Shown here in pieces: positions 37,498 to 47,147 of a stretch of DNA of 64,000 nucleotides. This stretch comes from Methanobacteriota archaeon (lineage in GTDB: Archaea; Thermoplasmatota; Thermoplasmata; SG8-5; JAGLSY01): positions 56,818-120,817 of the forward strand of contig JAEHCQ010000007.1 in assembly GCA_020696385.1 (NCBI GenBank), in the 5' to 3' direction. Numbering within the stretch: the stretch's first letter is position 1; the number at the start of each line of letters is the position of its first letter. The notes below the pieces were generated by a model that did no database searches, was not told the DNA's origin, and was given only the letters and a program-made list of their open reading frames with translations. Both the position numbers and the translations under genes were made by a program.

Positions 37498-40464
37498 TCA
37501 GCCGATCTTGACCAGCCAGACCTTGAGCATGCGCTTATCGATCGTCCATTCCTTGAATGCCCCATCGGGTAACTCGCCAACGTCCATCTCATCGGCCAAT
37601 ATCTCGTGGCCGATGTAGTCCTTGTTCTGCTGAATGGCATTCACCATCTCATCATCACCTTCAAAGCCGATCTTTATGCGCTGGTCGTACTGGAGATCCT
37701 CCTCCTTCCTGAGGCTCTGTATTCGACGGACAACGTCCCGGGCAATTCCCTCGCTGGCCAGCTCCGGTGTGAGCTCCATATCGATGAAGACCTTGAAGCC
37801 CTGGCCCTCTGCGATCGCCGCATTTTCCATATCTGGATCTGTGGCGGAGAATTCCATGGACTTGACGTTTAATTCCTCTTGTACCAGGGGAATTAAATCA
37901 GCATACAATTGTTCGCCCTCCATGACGACGACAGCCCTCGAAAGCGGTTGTCGTAACTTGGAGCCAGAGGTCTGTCTCGCATTCCTACCAGTCTCGGACA
38001 TCTTCCTGGAAAGGGTCATCATCCTTTCCAGCTCCATGTCGATAAGAGTTTCATCGGATTCGGGGTAGGAAGTCAGATGAACACTGGTTGGGGCATCTTT
38101 ATCAATGCCAGCCACCAAATTCCCATACATTGCTTCTGCGATGTATGGGGTGAAAGGGGCCATCATCCTGGCCGTGTCCACCAGCACCCTGTAGAGAGAT
38201 GAATAGGCTGAATTTTTATCTTCATCCACATTCTCTGTCCAGAATCTTCTGCGGGATCTTCGAACATACCAATTGCTCAGGTCGTCGATGAAATCGAATA
38301 TCGCCCTCACGGATTTGTGGAGCTCCATCTTGTCAATTCCGAGTTGCACATCAGCATTCGCGCTCTGTAACCTGGATAATATCCACTTGTCCAGCAGATG
38401 TACTGGCTCGCTCTCGTTCCTTGGATCGAAACCGTCCAGATTGGCATTGGAAACATAGAATGAATACACGTTCCATAGTGTATTCATAACCTTGCTGTGC
38501 GCTTCCTTGAGCGATGCATCACTGAACTTCTGGTTGGTCCAGCATGGCGCGGATAGAAGTGCTATTCGTGTAGCATCCGCTCCGGACTTGTCAAATGTTT
38601 CGTGAGCGTCAACCGACGTGCCCTTGGACTTGGACATCTTCTGCCCGTCATTGTTGAGCAGAAGACCCTGTGTCAGGCATTTCTTATAAGGTGGAGTTCC
38701 GAATGTCGCTGTACCAACTGCCAGCAGGGTGTAGAACCATCCACGCGTCTGGTCGATGGCCTCGGTTATGAAATCAGCTGGATAAGATTCGTCAAACAGC
38801 TCCTTATTCTCAAATGGATAATGGAATTGCGCGAAAGGAGCTGAACCGGAATCATACCAGGTGTCGATGACATATTCCTCTCTCGTCATCCTTTTACCAC
38901 AATCTGGACATGGTATATCCAGGTCATCCACCCACGGCCTGTGGGGCTCGAAATCATCGGGAAGATCTCCTGCCAGATCCTTCAATTCCTCAAAGCTCCC
39001 GATGCATATCTCCTTGGAGCAATCACATCTCCAGACTGGAAGTGGTGTTCCCCAGAATCGGTTCCTGCTCAGAGCCCAGTCCTTGAGCTCGTCCAGGAAA
39101 TTGCCGAATCTACCATCTTTCAAATGCTCCGGCTTCCACTCGATCGTCTGATTATTAGCAACCATCTCATTTCTGAGCTGGGACATGCGTATGAACCATG
39201 AATCCAATCCGTAATACAGAAGCGGTGAGTCACATCTCCAGCAGTATGGATAGCTGTGAACGTAATTCTCATCCTTATATAATCTATTATTATCATTAAG
39301 ATGGACCAAGATCTCCACGTCCAGGCCCTTCTTTTTAACAAAGCTACCCTGCCATTGTGGGACCAATTCGTTAAACTTGCCTTCCATATCGACAGTGTGC
39401 TTGGCCGGAAGCCCGACCTTCATTCCCAGGTTGTAATCGTCCTCACCGTACATGACGGCTGTATGAACCACGCCAGTTCCTTCCTCGGTGGTTACGAAAT
39501 CCGCGGCCACTACCTCGTAAGCCTTCTTGCCTTCCTCACTGAGGTCCATGAAATCGAAAAGCGGATGATATTTCCATCCGACCATTTCCTCGCCTTTGAT
39601 GACACCCAGCAATTCGTGCTCGCCCTCTATGACCTTCTCGACGAGGTCCATGGCGAGCAGAAGCTTTTCTCCCTTCTGCTCCACTATGGCATAATCGATG
39701 TCCTTGCCGACTGCCAGTGCCACGTTCCCTGGCAGTGTCCATGGCGTTGTCGTCCATGCCAGGATGAATGCCTCGGGTCCCAGCTTATCTTGATCGTACT
39801 CGGATAATTTGAATTTTAGAGTTGCAGATAGTTCCTTCACATCCTTGTAGCCCTGCGCGACTTCGTGACTTGATAGTGGTGTCCCGCATCTGGGGCAGTA
39901 GGGAACTATGTAATGCCCTTTCTGAAGAAGTCCCTTGTCGTATATTGTTTTGAGAGACCACCAGACACTCTCGATGTAATCATCGTCCATGGTGACATAC
40001 GGGTCTTCCATGTCGATCCAGAATCCCAATCGTTCTGACATGGCCTTCCATTTTCCCTCATACTTCATGACGGATTTCCTGCATAGCTTATTGAACTCCG
40101 CTACTCCGAATTCAACCACTTGCTTCTTGGACTTCAGACCCAGTTCCTTTTCCACGCCGATCTCGACAGGCAATCCATGACAGTCCCAGCCGCCTTTCCA
40201 GGGAAACACGTGATATCCTTTCATCGCGTGGTATCTGAGAAAGACGTCTTTGATGGTACGACCTGCGGAATGCCCAATGTGGGGAATACCATTGGCAGTT
40301 GGCGGGCCTTCCAGGAATATGAATTTCTCATTACCCTGGTTCTTGGCACGCAGCTTACCGAAAATGTCATTCGCCTTCCATTGGCTAAGGGTCTCCTCTT
40401 CCTGCTTCGGGAAGGAGACAAAGGTCGGTACATCAGCAAAGATTTTATCTATTTTAGAACCCAT
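37498..40464 (-). CDS. ileS: Isoleucine--tRNA ligase
   Basis: GPPTANG.PHIGH, GWDCHGLP, WTTTPWTLP, SRNRFWGTP, KMSKS; start at MGSKID after GGAGG. Confidence 0.96.
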   Translation of the reverse strand: MGSKIDKIFADVPTFVSFPKQEEETLSQWKANDIFGKLRAKNQGNEKFIFLEGPPTANGIPHIGHSAGRTIKDVFLRYHAMKGYHVFPWKGGWDCHGLPVEIGVEKELGLKSKKQVVEFGVAEFNKLCRKSVMKYEGKWKAMSERLGFWIDMEDPYVTMDDDYIESVWWSLKTIYDKGLLQKGHYIVPYCPRCGTPLSSHEVAQGYKDVKELSATLKFKLSEYDQDKLGPEAFILAWTTTPWTLPGNVALAVGKDIDYAIVEQKGEKLLLAMDLVEKVIEGEHELLGVIKGEEMVGWKYHPLFDFMDLSEEGKKAYEVVAADFVTTEEGTGVVHTAVMYGEDDYNLGMKVGLPAKHTVDMEGKFNELVPQWQGSFVKKKGLDVEILVHLNDNNRLYKDENYVHSYPYCWRCDSPLLYYGLDSWFIRMSQLRNEMVANNQTIEWKPEHLKDGRFGNFLDELKDWALSRNRFWGTPLPVWRCDCSKEICIGSFEELKDLAGDLPDDFEPHRPWVDDLDIPCPDCGKRMTREEYVIDTWYDSGSAPFAQFHYPFENKELFDESYPADFITEAIDQTRGWFYTLLAVGTATFGTPPYKKCLTQGLLLNNDGQKMSKSKGTSVDAHETFDKSGADATRIALLSAPCWTNQKFSDASLKEAHSKVMNTLWNVYSFYVSNANLDGFDPRNESEPVHLLDKWILSRLQSANADVQLGIDKMELHKSVRAIFDFIDDLSNWYVRRSRRRFWTENVDEDKNSAYSSLYRVLVDTARMMAPFTPYIAEAMYGNLVAGIDKDAPTSVHLTSYPESDETLIDMELERMMTLSRKMSETGRNARQTSGSKLRQPLSRAVVVMEGEQLYADLIPLVQEELNVKSMEFSATDPDMENAAIAEGQGFKVFIDMELTPELASEGIARDVVRRIQSLRKEEDLQYDQRIKIGFEGDDEMVNAIQQNKDYIGHEILADEMDVGELPDGAFKEWTIDKRMLKVWLVKIG

Positions 40465-40604
40465 GAAAAAACCTCCAGAAAAGATTTCTGGCATGAGCTG
40501 GGCGAACGGTCACTTTATCTAATTATGATCGTGGCTGAGCTCATTAGTCGTGGTAAGAAGGAGCAATATATAGGTTTTTCGTAGAATTAAAAGTGGGATA
40601 AAGA

Positions 40605-40782
40605 TCAATGAGGGCTCCCCAAGGCTAAAGCCTGGGGTATCCCCTCTGATAAATTATTGAAGATTATCGGGGAATATGAGCCCTTATTGAATACATACCA
40701 AGCTAATACCACAGGCGCGCCCTGCGCCCTGTATCCACAAGCATAAATGCTGTGGTATTATGGCTTGGAGATTATTCAATAA
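40605..40782. mobile_element. Multi-hairpin palindromic element (MITE/PATE-like or structured RNA)
   Basis: Nested inverted repeats including CCCCAAGGCT-AA-AGCCTGGGG, TCAATGAGGGCTC/GAGCCCTTATTGA and TTATTGAATA/TATTCAATAA. Confidence 0.5.
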
Positions 40783-40860
40783 TTTTGTAGCGGTAAACCT
40801 AATAGTTCTACTGAATATCATGTATGCTTTTCCGATCAAGCATGCCTTCGAAGACAGATC

Positions 40861-41103
40861 CTAATCTTCTTCAGAAAGTAATGGCCTCAGCATTCTGCCA
40901 CTCGATATCCTAGGAGCGGCACTTCCTACTGGCCAGAACATCTCGTCAAAGGCTATACGGTACTCGTCATACAGACTGTCCATTTCATCAAATAATGCAT
41001 ATGGTTTTCGTTCGAACTTCTTCTTCCCCCTCGTCCTGGAAGGGGCATATATTAGATCTCCTGATTCGTCATATATCTCTATATTTTCATCCCCCTTTTC
41101 CAC
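40861..41103 (-). CDS. Small hypothetical protein resembling the N-terminal arm of Hsp20
   Basis: ALFDEMDSLYDEYRIAFDEMFWP; no alpha-crystallin domain follows. Confidence 0.4.
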   Translation of the reverse strand: MEKGDENIEIYDESGDLIYAPSRTRGKKKFERKPYALFDEMDSLYDEYRIAFDEMFWPVGSAAPRISSGRMLRPLLSEED

Positions 41104-41311
41104 AATTTACAATTCGAATATAAACTGTGTGTAATTAACAATGATTTATATGCCTATATAATGCTTTTTCATGTGATTGAGCAAAAGTTATTTTGAACCA
41201 AAGAAAAATGACCTTACTGCCTAACATAAAAACAATCTAAAGAAAGTGGGGGGCCTGGGATTACCCAGATTATCCTTATAAGCTCATTATCCATTATACC
41301 TTTGATAAGAG

Positions 41312-42277
41312 ATGATCGGTGAATTATTATTAATGATACTGGGCTTCCTTTTTTTGTGGAAAGGAAGTGACCTGACGGTTGACGCGTCCAAGAATCTGGC
41401 GACCAAATTCGGGATATCCCATGCGGTGATAGGTCTGACCCTGGTATCTGTTGGAACTTCCTTACCAGAGATATTCACAAATGTATATACTGGCCTCAGG
41501 GTCAATGCGGGAGCCGAGGTCAGCGGGATCGCGGTCGGCATGATACTGGGCAGCCAGATATCACAGATCACTTTCATTCTGGGAGCTGCTGCATTGGTGG
41601 GGATCATGTATGCCAGCAAGTTCACCTTCAAGCGCGATGTGCCAATGATGTTCGTCGCCATCGCCATGTTCTTCTTGGTGGGATTGGATGGACAGGTTAC
41701 TCGGGTAGAGGGAGCCATGCTGATCACCATCTATCTTGTTTATTTGTTCCTAATAAATAAGCAAGATCATGTTGCTGGCAATATCAAAAATGAGATCAAG
41801 AACGGCAATCACAAGGAGATCAATACGGCCAGGCAAGGCGGGATCGTATTGCTGGGATTGATCATCCTGATAATCGGCGGAATACTCGTGGTGGACAATG
41901 CGGAACTAATCGCGAGTGAATTTGGAGTTTCAAACACGCTCATCGGTATACTGGTCATCGGGCCAGGAGCCGCATTACCGGAATTATCCGTAGCAGTATC
42001 TGGTATGAAGAAGAAAGCGGAAGAGATCTCACTAGGAGCCCTGATCGGCTCAAATATCACGGATCCACTACTGTCATTCGGAGCAGGAGTGGTTATCTCG
42101 GGCTTTGCCTTTGATAAGGGACTTCTATGGTTCGACATTCCATACTGGACCGTCGTCACATGCGTGGCAGTTGGTCTGATGTGGCCTGGCCAGAGAATTG
42201 GCCGAAAAAAGATCAGCGGCATTGTACTGATATCATTGTTCGTGTTATATGCGGTTATCAAGATCGCCATGATTTAG
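41312..42277 (+). CDS. Ca2+/Na+ antiporter (CaCA, YrbG-like)
   Basis: Two alpha repeats: GTSLPE..GSQI and GAALPE..GSNI. Confidence 0.9.
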   Translation: MIGELLLMILGFLFLWKGSDLTVDASKNLATKFGISHAVIGLTLVSVGTSLPEIFTNVYTGLRVNAGAEVSGIAVGMILGSQISQITFILGAAALVGIMYASKFTFKRDVPMMFVAIAMFFLVGLDGQVTRVEGAMLITIYLVYLFLINKQDHVAGNIKNEIKNGNHKEINTARQGGIVLLGLIILIIGGILVVDNAELIASEFGVSNTLIGILVIGPGAALPELSVAVSGMKKKAEEISLGALIGSNITDPLLSFGAGVVISGFAFDKGLLWFDIPYWTVVTCVAVGLMWPGQRIGRKKISGIVLISLFVLYAVIKIAMI

Positions 42278-42320
42278 GCATAAACTAAAATAGCCAAATC
42301 ACATTTTGAGGATTGAGAAC

Positions 42321-42737
42321 ATGGGTTCGGACGAGGCGAAAATAGAGAAAAAGAGACTCAAGGCGGAGCAGAAGGCCAAGAAGAAGGCGGCCAAAGCAGA
42401 GGAGAAAGAAGAGAATCAACCAGTGGAACCAGACAAGCCAGTAGAGTCGGTGAAGCTGGAAGAACCAAAGGAACAGCAGGCTGTCGAAAAGCCTGCTGTT
42501 TCCGAGCCTATTGAACCAGTCAAACCTATCGAGCCAGTACCAAAACCACAACCAACAGCGATGCCTGTCCAGAGCCACAAGCCAACACAGGCTCCAAGAA
42601 AAAGAAAGCCACAGCCAAAGATAATCGTCCAGATGCCGAAAGTTCCATGGTACAAGGATCCGAGATGGATCAGTGCGATCATCGGAGCAGTGAGTTTATC
42701 ACTGGCATTGATAAGTATTTTCACAGACTGGCTGTGA
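42321..42737 (+). CDS. Pro/Lys/Glu-rich protein with C-terminal membrane anchor
   Basis: Low-complexity PVEP/KP region, PWYKDPRW then a TM helix; start at the MGSDEA ATG. Confidence 0.6.
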   Translation: MGSDEAKIEKKRLKAEQKAKKKAAKAEEKEENQPVEPDKPVESVKLEEPKEQQAVEKPAVSEPIEPVKPIEPVPKPQPTAMPVQSHKPTQAPRKRKPQPKIIVQMPKVPWYKDPRWISAIIGAVSLSLALISIFTDWL

Positions 42738-42885
42738 ACTATCAGGCTCTAAAAAATTTATAAGCCTGAAAGTTCCCATTTCATAGGCCATAAGCCCCAA
42801 CTCGCAAAGTTGACAACTTTGCGTTTATTTGCAGATACACCGATGGGCTTACGGCAACCGACTACTTTTCATATATAAATCAAAA

Positions 42886-44037
42886 TTATTCCCGCAATAC
42901 CTGCCCGGCAATGACCATTTTCTGGACTTCACTAGTACCTTCGTATATCTCGGTTATTTTGGCCTCACGGTACATCCTTTCTACTGCATAATCCTTAATG
43001 TATCCGTAGCCACCATGTATCTGGACAGCATCCGATGTCACTTCTCTGGCGATCTTGGAAGCGTACAGCTTGGCCATCGCGCTTTCTTTGCTGAATCTCG
43101 CTCCCTGGTCCTTCAGATACGCAGCTCTGTAGACGAGATACCTTGCGGCCTCGATCTTTGTCGCCATGTCAGCCAGCATCCACTGGATGGCCTGGAATTT
43201 ACCAATTGGCCTTCCGAACTGCTCGCGCTCCTTCGCATATCTTATGGACTCTTCCATCGCTCCCTCAGCAATGCCAAGTGCCTGGGCGGCAATACCAACC
43301 CTGCCACCGTCCAGCGTGGCCATTCCGATCCTGAAGCCATCTCCTTCCTTGCCGAGGAGATTTTCTTTTGGAACTCGGCAGTTTTCGAATACGAGTTCCG
43401 ACGTTGCGGAAGCACGCACACCCATCTTGTCCTCGACAGTTCCGTAAGTGTAGCCAGGAGTTCCTTTTTCAACAATGATCGTGCTCAATCCCTTGGTTCC
43501 CTTCGAGGGATCCGTGGAAACAATTATGATAGCGACATCGGCCTCGCAGCCGCTTGTAATGAATATCTTGTCGCCATTTATGATATAATCATCCCCATCA
43601 AGAACAGCCTTGGTTCTGACCGCACCAGCATCGGAACCCGCGCTTGGTTCTGTGAGCGCGAAGGCGCCCAGCTTCTCACCACGTGCCAGTGGCTTGAGGA
43701 ACTTTTCTTTTTGTTCCTCAGTTCCGAACTTGTAGATCGGATAGCAGCAGACCGAATTATGCACAGCCATGATCACACTGGTACTGGCGCAAACTTTGGC
43801 GATCTCCTCGATAACAATGGCATAAGAAATGGAATCCACACCAGCCCCGCCATATTCCTTCGGAACTGCCAATCCGAGCATGTTCAGCTTGCCCATCTTC
43901 TTCAGCACGTCCCATGGAAACTCTCCGCTCATGTCAATGTCATGAGCGATGGGCTTGACCTCTTCCTCGGCAAAGCGCCTGGCCATCGTGCGTACCATTT
44001 CCTGTTCCTTGGTAAGATTGAAATCCATTTGATCCAC
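42886..44037 (-). CDS. Acyl-CoA dehydrogenase (butyryl-CoA dehydrogenase-like)
   Basis: [50 protein letters not shown]. Confidence 0.95.
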   Translation of the reverse strand: MDQMDFNLTKEQEMVRTMARRFAEEEVKPIAHDIDMSGEFPWDVLKKMGKLNMLGLAVPKEYGGAGVDSISYAIVIEEIAKVCASTSVIMAVHNSVCCYPIYKFGTEEQKEKFLKPLARGEKLGAFALTEPSAGSDAGAVRTKAVLDGDDYIINGDKIFITSGCEADVAIIIVSTDPSKGTKGLSTIIVEKGTPGYTYGTVEDKMGVRASATSELVFENCRVPKENLLGKEGDGFRIGMATLDGGRVGIAAQALGIAEGAMEESIRYAKEREQFGRPIGKFQAIQWMLADMATKIEAARYLVYRAAYLKDQGARFSKESAMAKLYASKIAREVTSDAVQIHGGYGYIKDYAVERMYREAKITEIYEGTSEVQKMVIAGQVLRE

Positions 44038-44100
44038 TTCCGCATGCTGTTATAGGACTTGGGAACTTATGATTAGATAAATATGTTTTGAAAACCTTAA

Positions 44101-44310
44101 CTACTTCTTTACAACAATGCTAAGAACATCCTCGTAAGCCTTTTCTTTTATCCTCGCTCCTCTGGCCTGGCTCCTGAATCAAGCTGTTAGCTTGACAAAA
44201 TAGTTGCATGGACTTCGTCCACAACTAAAAAAGAAAAAATCGCCGGAGCTCGGCTATGCCGAGATTCTGAAAGCTCAGCTCTGCTGAGATTCAGCCTGCT
44301 CGCTCGGGTA
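44101..44310 (-). mobile_element. Small structured element (177 bp) plus 33-nt recoded duplicate of the host gene 3' end, copy B
   Basis: Same terminal motifs as 19676-19776 with four extra internal hairpins; 44133-44101 encodes EDVLSIVVKK*, identical in protein to the gene end 44343-44311. Confidence 0.78.
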
Positions 44311-45420
44311 TCATTTCTTGACAACAATGCTCAGCACGTCCTCGTCCTTCAAAACATGGCCAATACTTACTCGCTGGCCAGGGAACTTCGCACTTGGCCC
44401 CCAGACTCGTGCGTATCTGAACTTTTCTCTAAAATCACGATGAAGACTATCGCAAACCACACCCACAGTGGAATCCTCCTTGATGACCAGTGGTTCTATC
44501 AGATCCGCATCCTGGCCCTGTGGTTTGAGGAATATCCTGACGAACTGGCAGATATCGAATATTTCTTGTTTGAATTGCTCGATCATAATGTCTTTCTCGG
44601 CGGACATGCTGAAGACATTCCAGCCATCCAGTGCCTCGATCACCTTGTCCACCTCCTCCTTTGGAAGCAGATCGATCTTATTGAGCACGACTATGGCATC
44701 GACATATACTTTATTCCCGGAGAGATAATCTATGAGCTGGTCCTCATCGATATCTTCCCTCAGGACGATATCGGCATTGATCACTCCATAAGAGGACATG
44801 ATGTTCTTGACCATTTCCTCATCCATCTTGGTCATTTCCACGGTGTGATTGACATTCAGGCCACCCCTGAAGCTCTTGTAAATTCGAATATCGACCGGCC
44901 TCGCATTGAGGCGCATGCCAGCCTTGTAAAGTTCACGGACGATTATATCGATGTCATATCGGAAGACATCGACCATCAGGATGAGCAGATCCGCGCTTCT
45001 AGCTGCTGCTATCACCTCTCTGCCACGCCCTTTTCCCTTGGACGCGTCCTTGATTATACCTGGCAGATCCAAGATCTGCACCTTCGCACCCTGATAATCC
45101 ATTATTCCTGGCACGACATCCAGGGTGGTGAATTCATAACGACCAACTTCACTGGTGGCGTCGGTTATCTTGTTAAGGAGAGTTGATTTTCCCACGGATG
45201 GAAATCCCACGAGAGCGACTGTGGCATTACCTGATTTCTTCACAGCATATGATTTACCACCACCCGAGCTGGCTGCTCTTCTTTTTTCCTGATCATCCTT
45301 GAGCCTCGCCATCTTGGCTTTCAGCTTGCCAATATGATGCTGGGTGTTCTTATTGTACTTCGTCTTCGCAATCTCTGCCTCGATGTCCGCGATCTGTTCT
45401 TCAATATTACCCATGTTCAA
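44311..45420 (-). CDS. DRG/RBG1-family GTPase with TGS domain
   Basis: YNKNT.HHIG.LKAK, GFPSVGKST, YEFTTL, DLPGII, GKGRG, ARVWG.SAKF.GQ. Confidence 0.95.
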   Translation of the reverse strand: MNMGNIEEQIADIEAEIAKTKYNKNTQHHIGKLKAKMARLKDDQEKRRAASSGGGKSYAVKKSGNATVALVGFPSVGKSTLLNKITDATSEVGRYEFTTLDVVPGIMDYQGAKVQILDLPGIIKDASKGKGRGREVIAAARSADLLILMVDVFRYDIDIIVRELYKAGMRLNARPVDIRIYKSFRGGLNVNHTVEMTKMDEEMVKNIMSSYGVINADIVLREDIDEDQLIDYLSGNKVYVDAIVVLNKIDLLPKEEVDKVIEALDGWNVFSMSAEKDIMIEQFKQEIFDICQFVRIFLKPQGQDADLIEPLVIKEDSTVGVVCDSLHRDFREKFRYARVWGPSAKFPGQRVSIGHVLKDEDVLSIVVKK

Positions 45421-45552
45421 TCCGAGGATATGGGGATTGGATATATAATTTGTTCATGATTATACATTATTTTCTTTAACAAATATCACAATTCGAAGAT
45501 ATCATGGTTCCGGGATTAATTTATTATCCTTAGACAATTACGCTCTGGTATC

Positions 45553-46857
45553 ATGGCAGAGCAGATCGACCTATTGAAAAGATATTCCGGTTTCAGGAAG
45601 AGCGCCCGCAATCTTGTATTCGTGGGTCTCATAAACATGACAGGTAGTTCCCTCATGGGTTTTATCCTTGTGCTTTATCTCAATGTACTGGGTCATAATA
45701 ATTCGGTCTTCGGATCACTTGGCCTGGTGATGGAAGTTAGTACAGTTATCATTCTGATCGTCAGTGGTCTGCTGGCCGACAAATATGGAAAGAAAGGGAC
45801 ATTGATGCTGGGTATCACCCTCAGTGCACTGGGCATGCTATTGTTTTCCCTGACCGAATCCATGCCATTATTCTTCATCGCCGCAGCCTTGATCGGCCTG
45901 GGTGGAGGATTTGATGGCCCCTCCTTTAATGGACTATTGGCCGAATTATCCAATTCAAAAAGAAGAAAATATCTGTTCAGTTTCAATTCATTCCTCAATC
46001 TGATGGGGTCTGGAACCATCACGATAATTGGTGGTTTTGTTCCACTATTACTAATATCCTCGCTGAACTTCGGCAGTATCGAGGCCTACAGAATGATCTT
46101 CATATTGGCTTTCCTTCTCAAGGTCATCAGTCTGCTACTTCTTTCCAGGATCAAAAAGCCAGAGGCGGATGAGAAGGACATGGATGATTCATGCCCCATT
46201 AGCGACAAGAAGCCATGGGGTCTCATATTCAAATTCGCGCTTCCAAATGTATTCACTGGCCTGGGGGCGGGAATGATAGTTCCTTACTTCCAGATCTTCT
46301 TTAAAGAGGAGTTCACATTAGAACTGGGAAGCATCGGCATAATTTTCGCCCTGCTATCTTTTGTTATGGCCGCCATCACCTTCATACTTCCCCGGATAGC
46401 GGAGAAAGGAGGCTCGGTGATGACCATCGGCGTATTCCATGGAGTCTCCATCTTTGCGATGATCGCCATACCCTTCACGCCCTGGCTGGCCGTGGTCATA
46501 TTCCTATTCATATTCCGGGCGGCGATGATGAATGTCCCACATCCGATAATGACAGCTTTCATGCAGTCCAAGATGCCGGATAATTGTCGCTCAACTGCCC
46601 AAAGCGCTCTGGCCTTCGCCTGGATGGTCACTCATGCTGTAGGGATATACATCGGGGGATTTATCTGGGATGCTGTCTATGTTTATGAGACCCTACCTAT
46701 GAGATATCCTTTCTACATAGCCACTTTACTGTATACCATTTCCACAATCCTCTTCCTGGCCTTCTTCCTAAAAATGGATGATAAGGAGCACAAATCACTG
46801 CCTCATTTGCACAAAAAACCAAGTCTGTCTAACATACTCCATCGCAACCCCAGATGA
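45553..46857 (+). CDS. MFS transporter
   Basis: About 12 TMs; motif A GLLADKYGKK. Confidence 0.88.
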   Translation: MAEQIDLLKRYSGFRKSARNLVFVGLINMTGSSLMGFILVLYLNVLGHNNSVFGSLGLVMEVSTVIILIVSGLLADKYGKKGTLMLGITLSALGMLLFSLTESMPLFFIAAALIGLGGGFDGPSFNGLLAELSNSKRRKYLFSFNSFLNLMGSGTITIIGGFVPLLLISSLNFGSIEAYRMIFILAFLLKVISLLLLSRIKKPEADEKDMDDSCPISDKKPWGLIFKFALPNVFTGLGAGMIVPYFQIFFKEEFTLELGSIGIIFALLSFVMAAITFILPRIAEKGGSVMTIGVFHGVSIFAMIAIPFTPWLAVVIFLFIFRAAMMNVPHPIMTAFMQSKMPDNCRSTAQSALAFAWMVTHAVGIYIGGFIWDAVYVYETLPMRYPFYIATLLYTISTILFLAFFLKMDDKEHKSLPHLHKKPSLSNILHRNPR

Positions 46858-46961
46858 TCATCGCCCTGGCATCCACTTTATCATGACCCATACCTTATTT
46901 ATAATGCAGAAACCTTTATAATAGATAGTTATGTACGGTGAACTTCACAGGCGGGTCCACT

Positions 46962-47147
46962 ATGAAAATGGAATATACAAGATATGAACTTGCTAGGATA
47001 ATCGGTGCAAGAGGCTTGCAGATCAGCATGGGCGCTCCAGTTCTTATTGACGTGCCAGAAGGTCTGATCAATCCGATAGACATAGCATTGGAAGAATATG
47101 ATCTGGGATTGCTACCTATCACGGTCAAGAGGAGCAAGAACGTATGA
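46962..47147 (+). CDS. rpoK: RNA polymerase subunit Rpo6 (K)
   Basis: [28 protein letters not shown]...LPITV. Confidence 0.95.
   Translation: MKMEYTRYELARIIGARGLQISMGAPVLIDVPEGLINPIDIALEEYDLGLLPITVKRSKNV

Noticed and set aside
42829-44055. 408-aa plus-strand ORF
   Set aside because: Antisense shadow of the acyl-CoA dehydrogenase; the same applies to the long antisense ORFs over apgM (4364-5338), 31147-32151 and 44356-45186.
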